A stretch of DNA of 64,000 nt from assembly GCA_964019335.1 (NCBI GenBank), contig OZ025681.1, forward strand, positions 1-64,000, written 5' to 3'. Positions 1 through 9,491 of the stretch are shown here, piece after piece (the first letter of the stretch is position 1; the number at the start of each line of letters is the position of its first letter). The translations under genes and the position numbers were made by a program. The notes under the pieces were generated by a model. That model saw only the letters and a list, made by a program, of their open reading frames with translations. It made no database searches and was not told where the DNA came from. The stretch is from Diplonema japonicum. Taxonomy: Eukaryota; Protista; Euglenozoa: Diplonemea.

Positions 1-628
1 GGGTTTGCGGGTTTGCGGGTTTGCGGGTTTGCGGGGTTTGCGGGTTTGCGGGTTTGCGGGTTTGCGGGTTTGCGGGTTTTGCGGGTTTGCGGGTTTGCGG
101 GTTTGCGGGTTTGCGGGTTTGCGGGTTTGCGGGTTTGCGGGTTTGCGGTTTGCGGGTTTGCGGGGTTTGCGGGTTTGCGGGTTTGCGGGTTTGCGGGTTT
201 GCGGGGGTTTGCGGGTTTGCGGGTTTGCGGGTTTGCGGGTTTGCGGGTTTGCGGGTTTGCGGGTTTGCGGGTTTGCGGGTTTGCGGGTTTGCGGGTTTGC
301 GGGTTTGCGGGTTTGCGGGTTTGCGGGTTTGCGGGTTTGCGGGTTTGCGGGTTTGCGGGTTTGCGGGTTTGCGGGTTTGCGGGTTTGCGGGTTTGCGGGT
401 TTGCGGGTTTGCGGGTTTGCGGGTTTGCGGGTTTGCGGGTTTGCGGGTTTGCGGGTTTGCGGGTTTGCGGGTTTGCGGGTTTGCGGGTTTGCGGGTTTGC
501 GGGTTTGCGGGTTTGCGGGTTTGCGGGTTTGCGGGTTTGCGGGTTTGCGGGTTTGCGGGTTTGCGGGTTTGCGGGTTTGCGGGTTTGCGGGTTTGCGGGT
601 TTGCGGGTTTGCGGGTTTGCGGGTTTGC
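1..628 (+). repeat. (GGGTTTGC)n octamer tandem array, about 78 copies, running off the window start
   Basis: Directly visible. Near-perfect units, with a few G/T-run length variants in the first 210 nt. Ends at ...GGGTTTGC|TTCCGCCAG. Confidence 0.98.
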
Positions 629-1510
629 TTCCGCCAGCCCCTGGGCTACAAGCGCCGCGTTTCCTGCCGAGAACCTCCCTTTGCTGCACAGTTCCGTGGC
701 CCTTGCGACCTTAGAGACCTCGTCGTTCTTAGGTTCCCCCTTCTCACCTGATTCCAGCTTATTCCAGAGGGCCATGTAATTTCCCTTCTCCCACTCCTCC
801 AATCTGGCCTGGACACTCAGCTCCGTCTCCTTGTCCCGCTTCTTCCCTCCCCTCTTCTTCCACAGGCAGGCTTTGGGGAGCATCGCCACCAGCAGCCAAG
901 CCTCCTCTGTGTTGTCCTTCACCGCCCGGCCCAGAGTGTGCTTAAGGGTAAGCCCCCACAGTCTTTGAAGGCTCGTCGGGATCGACCCCATGGTCGTGAC
1001 GTTCATGGCGGCTATGGCTTCCAGGCTGGGTAACTCGGTCCTCGTCGGGGCCGGCGGGGGGGTCGTGTATTCCCCTTCCCTTCGCACCGCCTTTTTGCAC
1101 TCGTCGTGGCACCCCTGACCCTTCCACACACAGCCCCTGCACACCAGGCACCTCTCGAGGTCCAGTCTCCTCAGAACGCTCTCCGGGATCTCATCACTCT
1201 CCAGGTGCCCATCCAGGTGACACTTCCATACCCTTGTCGAGTTGAACGGGGTCGTGCTTTTGCACTTCGACCTAGCGCAGTTCGCCACCGGACAGTACAG
1301 GAATTGCTGGTTCCTTGCCCCCATCTGGTCCAACACCCTTGCCTTCCCGTATCCAGGGATCGCACGGTCTATTATGTCCCACTCCCCGATGTCCTCACCC
1401 GGGGCCTCGGAGGGTTGCTTACCTGCCTTTTGTAGAGCTACCGATTGGGACTCATCAAGGAGCATCATCATCGACTCCTCCTCTCCGACTGCATACTCGT
1501 AGTGGTTGCC
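629..1510 (-). CDS. Retroelement segment: OTU His motif, C2H2/CCHC zinc fingers and pre-RT helical domain (missing from the ORF track because the frame runs into the repeat without a stop)
   Basis: Open frame from GNHYEY (about 1510) to GLAE, continuing as ANPQT in the array. Confidence 0.8.
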
Positions 1511-1870
1511 AGCACCACCACCTTCTCGTGGTCGGAGTTGTACTCCCCTATCATCAGGACTGGGTTCCCCCCAGCAACCACGAGAATCGTGCGGCCAAAC
1601 GCTTGTGCTGCGGCTGCCAGGCACAAGTGGTCTCCCCACGTCGCTGCTGTGCCCATCCCTTCCAAGTACCGGTCCCAACCCTCACTGCAAAACGGGGCAT
1701 AGTGCTCCTCCCGGTGTTTCATCCATTCTACAACCTCGCTCCTGATGTGGGTGTGGTCGCCGTAGGCTTCCCCGAGCGAACCGGCCAGGGCGTGGAACAT
1801 GCAGTTCCCGTCCTTCTCCGTCGATCTCCTCGTCAGCTTGAAGCTCTTCATGATCTCGTCCACTGACTTG
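1495..1870 (-). CDS. OTU-family cysteine protease (deubiquitinase-like) domain
   Basis: DGNCMFHAL (Cys at 1801-1803) and WGDHLCLAAAA. The catalytic His (GNHYEY, 1502-1504) is reached after a frameshift near 1511. Confidence 0.9.
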
Positions 1871-1899
1871 CCGGCCCTGGGTTGTTTGTCGGGGTTCCA

Positions 1900-2155
1900 C
1901 AGATTCCGCTGCCTGTGTGTGCACAGTGCGTCTGGTTCACGAGCACGCCGCAGCACACGTTCCACAGAGGTTCACCTTCATGCTCCTCGCCTGCTCTTGT
2001 TTCACAAAATGATGGTGGACCGCATTGAGGTGTTTAACTAGACAGCTTGCCACACTGGTGCGGAAAGAGCAGTCTTCCATCCGGCATTGATGTTTGTCTG
2101 ATCCTTCTTTTTCCCCCTCCTTCTGCGCCTCCATGTGCTCATCATCCAAATCCAT
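1900..2155 (-). CDS. Retroelement C2H2 plus CxxC...HC zinc-finger module
   Basis: CRMEDC...HLNAVH, then CGTC(C)GVLVNQTHC after correcting a 2-nt slip. Same layout as the second module at 1090-1300. Confidence 0.7.
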
Positions 2156-2156
2156 G

Positions 2157-3860
2157 GGGGGAGGGTCACCACCTCTTGCAACGCGTCCCCTGCCAGCGTC
2201 AAGTCCGCAAAGGGGTCCAGGTGTTCGGCCTGAAAGAGCTTATCCTCCGTCTCAGCTCGTTCCTTCGCCGCTTGCTTGGCGTCCTCCTTCTTTTTTCTGC
2301 GTCTTGAGCTTCTAGGCGGGCCCAAGTACACCGGCCGGTAGTGACCTCTCGATCCGCGTCTTGTCTTCTTCAGCTTTACCGGTCCGAATCTCTGGGTCGG
2401 GCCAGCACCAGCTTTCCCCACCATCACTTCCGCCATGGCCCAGAGCGACATCAGCCCCCCTATCCAAACTGAAGTGCTTCCCACCAGAGTGCCCCCTACC
2501 GCTAGCCAAGCGAGCTCCCCGGCGGACCATTCATCCCCTCGGGGCCCCACCTGTACCCTTGACCTGCGGGTGGTCCTCCTGTCGCTCCCCGGCCTCTTCC
2601 ACAACACTGCCGCATGCAGGAAGGAGGGGGCCATCCCGATGCCCGCCCCCAGCACCTGCCTCACCCCTGGGATCAGCAAGAGGGAGAACAGGGCGACCCA
2701 GGCCCACGCCCCCAGGTGCTCCCATCTCACCCCTTCCTTGCTGTGTCCCGTCCGTCTGCGGTGCCTCCTTGTGCCGGTTGCAGCCTCAGGTGCCGGGATT
2801 CTGGGTGCCAGGGGTTGGGCTCCAGGCGTTCCCACCTCGGTCCGCTTCAGCCCCATTGCAGGGTCATCTGGCTTCTGTTCCAGGGCGGCCTCGTGTTCCT
2901 CTCTGCGGGCCCTCCTCCTCCCTTCTTTCCTCGCACGACGGTGCCTTTTCTTCTCCTGTCTGGCAGCCTCCCTCGCCCCCTCCCTCGCCTTGGTCCTCTT
3001 CTCCCGACGCCTCTGAAGGGCCGTTTCGCTCCTGTGCCTCCTCCTGTTCTTCTTCCGCTTGGGCGCTGGCTTAGGTTCCCTGCCACCCATGGCAATCCAG
3101 GGGGCTCTTTTCTGTCTTCTCACAAGGGTGTGCAGTGGTGCTCTCACGTCGCTCGCAGCCTCCGCCCCAACCACACCTTGGCGGGCGGTGGGGGTGGGTG
3201 CTGGGTCCCCCTGGTTGTTTGAAAAGAAAAAAGGTTCCTCCTTGTTTGTTTTTTTTTTTTCTTTCCCTTCCACCCTCAAAAAAAGCCCCCGGCCCTTGGG
3301 GACCAGGGTGTACACCTCCGTAGAGGGTCCAGAAAAAATGGGGGGCAGAGAGGGAGGGGCACTACCTTCTCTCGGGCGTGCTGTCTCTCCCTCTGCCTTT
3401 TTTTCCTCCGAAGAGGGTCTGTTTTTCACCTCCGTGGAGGGTCCCTCTGGAGAGGGCTCTATAAAAGAAAAAGGGGGGGACAAATGGGGGGGAGGAACAC
3501 TACCCTCTCTCGGGAGTGCCACCTCTTCCCCTCTCTCTCTGTTTTCCTCCGAAGAGGGTCTGTTTTTTACCTCCGTGGAGGGTTCCTCTGGAGAGGGCTC
3601 TAAAAATGAAAAAGGGGGGGACAAATGGGGGGGAGGAGCACCACCCTCTCTCGGGAGTGCCACCTCTTCCCCTTTCTCTCTATTTTCCTCCGAAGAGGGT
3701 CTGTTTTCCTCCGAAGAGGGTTCTAAAAAAAAAAGGGGGGCGGGTGGGGCACTATCCTCTCTCGGGAGTGCCACCCCCCCTTGCCCACAAAAAAGGGGAT
3801 CTAAAAAAGGGGGTTCGTCTGTTAACCCAGGGGATGGGTCTTCCTGGGGTGTGCGGGTGA
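2157..3860 (-). CDS. Retroelement linker: Pro/Glu-rich repeats, Arg/Lys-rich block and two hydrophobic segments
   Basis: Part of the 637-aa ORF 2038..3951. It joins the zinc-finger frame through a C-run frameshift at about 2157. Confidence 0.55.
3345..3780. repeat. Internal tandem repeats of about 140 nt (about 3 copies) within the element
   Basis: CTCTCGGG(A/C)GTGC recurs at about 3369, 3507, 3648 and 3760. TTTTCCTCCGAAGAGGGT occurs four times. Confidence 0.9.
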
Positions 3861-3864
3861 GCTT

Positions 3865-4661
3865 GGGGCCTACCGCACGCAGGGTGATCGACACCCTGAC
3901 ACCAGTGGACATCCCGGACGGGATGTGGTGCGTCCACTGGTCTCGCTTCACCTTCCAACAGTGCCCATGAGAAGGGGGGCACCAGGTATCTCGCCACCCT
4001 GTCCCCCCTCCTCATGACCATTGTGGTCTCGGCTCCGTACGAGAGGACTAGGACAATCGGTCCCAGCCTCGCGTCGTCCTTGTGGGCGGCAATCCCACAA
4101 CCAGACTTGTACTTGTTGACAAGTACCTGGTTGGGGACCACCTTGAGTCCTGCGGCGGCGGCCACCTCCCTCACCCACCCCTCCGCCCCCCCTGGGATCC
4201 CCGTGGTGGGGCGCACCTTGGCGTTCGTCCCCTCCCACCGGTACCCGTATTGGAGGGTCTCCCTCCCTGAGTTCCCAGACAGGGCCTCCCACTTTCCTGA
4301 AAGCAGGGCTTTCGGGAAGGCAGGGGCAGGGCCCGTCCTCAACCCGGGAGGGTGTTCACCATACACCAGTACCCACCCCTTTTTTTCTCCCTCTTTTCTT
4401 CCCTCTTCAACAATAGCAGGGTCGGCTGCAGGGGTCGTGGTCGCGGCGGTCGTGGCTGCGGCAGGGGCGGCTGCGGCGGTCTCAGTTGCGGCGATCAGGG
4501 CGGCAGGGTCGGCTGCGGCGTTCAGGGCGGCTGGGGCGGGTTTGCGGGTTTGCGAAATCTCTTCTTTCCCAAGGGATCGTGCAGCAATCCACGTCACTGT
4601 GCTTATTTAAGTGTCTGGGGGTTTTCATACCTGGTCGACTTTGGTCAAGACTTGGCTTCAT
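3865..4661 (-). CDS. AlkB-family 2OG-Fe(II) dioxygenase with Ala-rich N-terminus; 34-nt intron 4597-4630; frameshift at about 3940
   Basis: RETLQYGYRW, NQVLVNKYKSGCGIAAHKD (HxD at 4076-4084), IVLVLSYG and LLEGEAR, then in the next frame QWTHHIP and RVSITLR. The full HxD...H...RxxxxxR set is present. Confidence 0.88.
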
Positions 4662-4823
4662 ATAAGGTCAAGAGCGAGGGCTCTCAGGAGAAGCGGTTCA
4701 ACATCGATCGAGTCCTGTAATTTGTGTCAATCCCGTTTTTTTTTATTCTCACACTGTTCTGCATTTTTCGTGGATTAGCGTGTTTGCGCTTGGGGGTCGT
4801 GACGGTGTTATCGGGGGTGTGTA

Positions 4824-5170
4824 ATGTTTGGAGAGGAGCTCAGGCGGCCTGTACCGCCTTGTCACAACATAGTCGGTGAACTCCGTGTCGCCGTCGTAGC
4901 TCACAGGATATCCTTGATGCTGATGATGTTCTCGTGGTTTAGAAACGACAGCAGCTTCACTTCCCTCAAGATTATCTTTCTGTCCGCAAGATCGTTGAAC
5001 ACTTTCCCCATCTTCTTGATCGCTACTTTTTCTTCGCCATTTTCAGCACCCCGTATACCCCGTACCCCCCACAGGATCCACCAGCTTGTATCGACTACGA
5101 AAGTGTTGTCGCCCACTTCGTACTGTCTCTTCCTCGGGCCTACCAACGGTCCTGGCTTGCAAACAGGCAT
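4824..5170 (-). pseudogene. MAP kinase remnant with internal deletions
   Basis: KVAIKKM...ILREVKLLSFLNHENIISIKDIL* is followed immediately, in another frame, by EFTDYVVTRRYRPPELL. The HRD/DFG region and C-lobe are absent. Confidence 0.85.
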
Positions 5171-6192
5171 ATTATTTCTTTTTTGCTAGATTCTGCAATG
5201 ATGCTGGAAATCAAAAGGAGGGGGGTTATTTAAAACCTTTTTTAAAATGGGACTTAAGAATAGGAAAATAAAAGATGTCTTTGAAGGGAACCTGCAGTAT
5301 GTGACAGGATCGCTTAACGAATCAACTCATCTAGTTTTTGATCCCTTCTGTCGTGGAAGTGCCCTAGGCCCTAGCTTGCTGTCGACTTACATAGCAACGG
5401 GAGAATCCACATGGGAGGGGAAGACTTGGCATGCTGGGCTAGTGCCACGCTCCACGAGAACATGGTACTAGAGCTGACCAGTAGACGATCCGAGAAAACA
5501 TTCTACCTCTCCATCAAACAAATCCCTGTAACGACCGACGGACTCTTCGTAGAGTACGTAGCGTGGTTCGGCTTGGTTCACGTCGAGAAGCTACGGGAAA
5601 TCGAATTATCCGAGGCGATCTTGCCCCATTTAAAGGCACTCAGCCATTTGAGGACAAACGGGATCAGCCTCGGGAAGTACTTCTTCCCCAGCCCGTGCTT
5701 GTGATACCAAATGAGGGGTTTCATTGCCAATAGATTTCCCGGTTGGAATGGTCTTTTCCAGAAATTTCTCGGCCGGTGAAAGAAAACCTCGAAGTAAAAA
5801 ACAATTTCACTTGGCAGCCTCTACCAGACATCTCATTTGTCAGACCCCAAAAACCGGGTTGGGAACTCAGTGAAATTTGGACCTTGTTGGGACTAAGTGC
5901 ATTTTGGCACCTTTCTTGGGCATTAAGTGAATTATCCCTAAAGACAATTATGATATGTCGCAACAGGACAAGCTAGAAAGCATGCTATGTTGACTGCAGG
6001 TGCTACTAGGGGCCTCCTTACACCTAGGTTGCCACCGCCCACTCATTCCATCCGCTGCTAAACCATACCGCGCTACCACTAAGGTTATCAAACGGCATCT
6101 ACGAGCACTGTGATCTGCTATGACATGCATAAACGAAATTAAGGAATTTAATCCGATTCCATCCGATCGTCTGTAAAGACTCTCCTTTTCTT

Positions 6193-8220
6193 TCACCTCA
6201 TGTACTGCCGCACAGCCTCACATGTATCTGCTGCTGAAGACGTTCCTGCGTCATGTAGGTCTACGTACCTCGGTGGCCTGACTGCCTCGCTAAGGGACTT
6301 TGGACGTAGCTTTACAGTTCTACTGAAAGCTCGCTCGGTGGAGGACTCTGCTGTAAATGGGCTGATGGGGACGAAGGCCTTCATTACAGGGCGGATAGAG
6401 ATGCAAGTGAGGTGGTGGAAGGTGTGCGGGCTCAAAATTCGGTGTATTTCTGAAGACGGAAAAACACAACCGGTGAGCTCGGATGCCCTGTAGAACAACG
6501 GTACTCGAGGAACTAATTCGCGGAAAATGCTCGGAAATCCGTGCTGAGCCTCTACTGCATCCGTCAGCAAGCCACGCCAGAATCGCGTCGTTTCGCTTGA
6601 TGACGACAACAGCAGCGTGAACATGTCGCCTGCGACGAGCATAAGCTCTTTTTCTTTCTCATCAACAGCAGCTGAGCACAGCACGCGATTCCACTCCGAT
6701 ATAAGAAGCCTTTTGAATCCCCTTGCCGCCATTTCCACTAGAAGAGTCTGGTACGGCGGCGCGCCCCTCGAAGACGCTCCCATATGCTTCGCAACGGGAC
6801 CTAAAAAGCACAGGTTGATCCCTGCATCGTGAAGCTTTGCCTTTAAAGCGTGCTGCACGACTGTCCAGTCTCCAGTGAGGAGGAACTGCTTCGAATTATC
6901 CCAGTGCTTCGACTGGCACCACCTAGTGCAGAACCCTGATATTGCTTTTGCAAGACCGCTCTGCATCTCGCTGTGGGACATGTCGCTTGTCGGGCTGACA
7001 GGAGAGGAAAGGTCTTCAAGGAGCTCCCTTCGAAGGATGTGCATGGTGGCCAATACATTGAAACCAAGATGTGGCTCACCAGCGGGGAGTATGCCCTTTC
7101 CCTCGATGGGGAGAGAGTACAGCCTTCCTGCAGCTGACTGGGTAATGTGGACATCCGTGGGGAGGATTCCAGGCAAGTGAAGGAGGCGGGATGTCTTTCC
7201 AAGTGTAGTGTAGATGGAGGCTGCAATGCACGAGGGGACATGTTCATCTATTGTCACTTCTGGACCGCAAACGCACTGCCCAGCAGGTGGCCGTAGCGTG
7301 ATAACGTATCTGCATCCTTTCCATGACATCACGAGCAGTGGCAGAAATGTTATCGCCGAGACAGGCCGCGTGGCGGAGCAGCAAACAGAAAAGGCCTGCT
7401 GATGGGCAAGCATCCTTGAGCACATTTTCCAATCCCCCGCACCGACGTATCTCGTCACTGTCGCCCCTCCCGGTAAATCAATAACTTGTTGATCCCATTG
7501 CACTGTAATGCTCGTCTCACAATACTGCAAGAAGTTCCGATAAAACAGTGCAACATGCCTCGGAGACCGGAAGCTGCATTCCGCAAAAGCTTCGTACCAG
7601 CTCAGCTCTTGTTCCCTCGGGAAGGAGGGGTACATCACAGCTACGGGATGGACAGCTGCTTCCACATATTGACTGAGCCTCTTGAGAAGAGTATCTGCAG
7701 GAGGCTTTTTGACAAGAAGCATGCCCAGAGCGTCTGACAACAAGGCCTTCAAATGGACACCGTGCGCCTTCATGTACATGACGCTTTCGGCACCAGCACT
7801 ATGTTCGTGCACTTCCCCTTCTTCTTGCAGCACGCTATTGACAATGCTAGGTAGCATCTCGCGAGGCATCGTGTATGCAGTTTTCTCATCACGCTGCACT
7901 TTGAGGCTTTCTAAAACCTGCAGCAAGGTATCAATAATTCGTGTTGTGGCTTCCGGCTTCTCTTTGACCAACCCTTGCAGCATGGCGTTCATCCCTTGTA
8001 CTATCACCTTCCCATTCATTGTGAGGTACAAGATGTCACCCCATTCTGGCATCGTTTTTCTGATTTGTAAATCACCCACGAAAGCACTTGGTAAGATCAT
8101 CTCTTGTAAACTGCTGCCACCCCCTCTCACTAGTCCAGGGGCAACGTCAATTGTAGATAGCACCTGCTCGGGAATCTTACGGCTGGTCGCACCTGCCACC
8201 GCTGCTGCTGCATTGCCCAT
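6193..8220 (-). CDS. CLU-central-like domain protein with Dpy-30/RIIa-like docking motifs; possible N-myristoylation
   Basis: 675-aa ORF starting MGNAAA. LHDAGINLCFLG...LLVEMAARGFKRLL resembles the CLU-central motif. LLSDALGMLLVKKPP resembles a docking helix. Confidence 0.6.
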   Translation of the reverse strand: MGNAAAAVAGATSRKIPEQVLSTIDVAPGLVRGGGSSLQEMILPSAFVGDLQIRKTMPEWGDILYLTMNGKVIVQGMNAMLQGLVKEKPEATTRIIDTLLQVLESLKVQRDEKTAYTMPREMLPSIVNSVLQEEGEVHEHSAGAESVMYMKAHGVHLKALLSDALGMLLVKKPPADTLLKRLSQYVEAAVHPVAVMYPSFPREQELSWYEAFAECSFRSPRHVALFYRNFLQYCETSITVQWDQQVIDLPGGATVTRYVGAGDWKMCSRMLAHQQAFSVCCSATRPVSAITFLPLLVMSWKGCRYVITLRPPAGQCVCGPEVTIDEHVPSCIAASIYTTLGKTSRLLHLPGILPTDVHITQSAAGRLYSLPIEGKGILPAGEPHLGFNVLATMHILRRELLEDLSSPVSPTSDMSHSEMQSGLAKAISGFCTRWCQSKHWDNSKQFLLTGDWTVVQHALKAKLHDAGINLCFLGPVAKHMGASSRGAPPYQTLLVEMAARGFKRLLISEWNRVLCSAAVDEKEKELMLVAGDMFTLLLSSSSETTRFWRGLLTDAVEAQHGFPSIFRELVPRVPLFYRASELTGCVFPSSEIHRILSPHTFHHLTCISIRPVMKAFVPISPFTAESSTERAFSRTVKLRPKSLSEAVRPPRYVDLHDAGTSSAADTCEAVRQYMR

Positions 8221-8284
8221 GTTAAATACGTGCTTCTGGGAACAATAAAGTAACGAAAAACAATAAGGTTCTACGACAATCTAC

Positions 8285-9408
8285 TCACACACAACTCCCA
8301 AACAGAGATGTGTGCCCTTTCAATTCAGCATAGTCGACCGGTGTCTCTCCTGTGAAATGCAACGATAAGCAGCTGCATACCAGCCTTGTTCTTAACTGTC
8401 GTATCAGCGCCACAGCCCAGTAGGTGTGCTAAGGTGTCCTTGCAGCCGGAAAAGGCAGCATGATGTAGAGGCGTCTCTCCTTGGTTGTTCTTGGCGTTCA
8501 CCTTAGACCCGTGTTCGAGCAACAGTGTTAGAATCTGCATGCAGTTCTTATCAGCGGCCAGATGCAAAGGCGTCCTGCCATCAACGCCTTTGATGCTAGG
8601 ATCAGACTTGTAGCTGAGAAGCAGATGGACAAGCTCATGATCTTCACAACGTGCAGCCAACATCAAAGAGGAGTCCCCATTCATCAGCGTGACATCAGGA
8701 TTTGCTCCGTTTTCAAGAAGAATTTTCACAACAGAAAGATTCCGTTCCTTGGCAGCAACATACAAAGGCGTACCCTCTGTAAGAGTGGAATGTGGTGTAA
8801 AACATACCCCTATCTCTATCCGGCATGTCAGGATCCGCGCCGTAGCGAAGCAACAACTGCACAACATCTTCGAAGCCACCACCACAAGCAAACTGCAATG
8901 CCGTGTTGTGAAAGCACGTAGCTGGCCGTACGTTGACGTTGACGCCTGTGTCCAAAGCAGAAGCAACACACTGCAGGAGGCCCCTTCCAGCAGCCACGAC
9001 TAAAAGCTCACTCATACTCTTCCGCCTACTCTTGCAAAGATCTGCATCCGCCATCAGACGCAGAACCTCACCATACGTAGCACTATGCTCTTGTACGCTG
9101 TCATCGTCGACAATCCTTTCTACAATATCGCTTGGTATCTTTCCTCCCCATCCCATCTCCGTTAACTTGTACAATGCGCTTGCAGCCTTGCTGAGAGATA
9201 CTTCCAACGTGCTTTGGTCTTCAAAGGGAAATTGGCTGATCTTTCCATCACCTAATTCCCTGCCATCAAAGCTCAGCGAGAACTTTGTCGTTTTCAACTT
9301 AGCCATCTTGGCAATTCTCGCTTTGAGTGCTTCGGTTGTATCGTGCCCTGCAGCATCGATGCAGAGAACTTGCGAAGAAGGTAGAACCACGTGGAGCGCA
9401 ACGGACAT
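8285..9408 (-). CDS. Ubiquitin-like N-terminal domain plus ankyrin repeats; 31-nt introns at 8777-8807 and 8350-8380
   Basis: Ankyrin motifs TALQFA, GTPLYVAA, GRTPLHLAA and GETPLHHAA. Removing the two GTATG...ACAG introns joins the ORFs in frame and ends at GETPVDYAELKGHTSLFGSCV*. Confidence 0.9.
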
Positions 9409-9491
9409 TATTTAAAAAGCCTGGAGAGAAAACAATTTGAGAGAAGGAGCTTACTTGCAAAAAACTACCTTGCTTAGGGCCGTGTGGTCGG

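Larger units (their letters stand above)
629..4820 (-). mobile_element. CRE/SLACS-clade-like non-LTR retrotransposon, 3'-truncated, carrying AlkB and OTU domains (5' boundary approximate)
   Basis: Manual minus-strand translation of 1510-629 gives CPVANC...HLDGH, CLVC...HDEC, LPSLEAIAAMNVTTMGSIPTSLQRLWG, AWLLVAMLPKACLWKKRGG, RLEEWEKGNYMALW and GRFSAGNAALVAQGLA. These match the zinc-finger and pre-RT motifs I associate with CRE-clade elements. The block is visibly more GC-rich than the host genes. RT is not seen. Confidence 0.75.

Noticed and set aside
1-628. Canonical telomere or CRISPR array
   Set aside because: G-strand polarity is opposite to a left-end telomere, and there are no spacers.
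5-779. Three + strand ORFs of (GLRVCGFA)n
   Set aside because: Artefact of a stop-free octamer repeat.
1860-1945. NNPGP 2A-like motif in an alternative minus frame
   Set aside because: Not in the OTU frame and lacks the upstream D(V/I)E consensus.
5247-6190. VFDPFCRGS resembling a methyltransferase motif I, and nearby short ORFs
   Set aside because: Imperfect motif, no supporting motifs, fragmented frames, opposite strand to all genes.
8240-8256. CAATAAAGTA, resembling the reverse complement of a spliced-leader 3' end
   Set aside because: The match is only about 10 nt; no SL RNA gene was recognised in the window.
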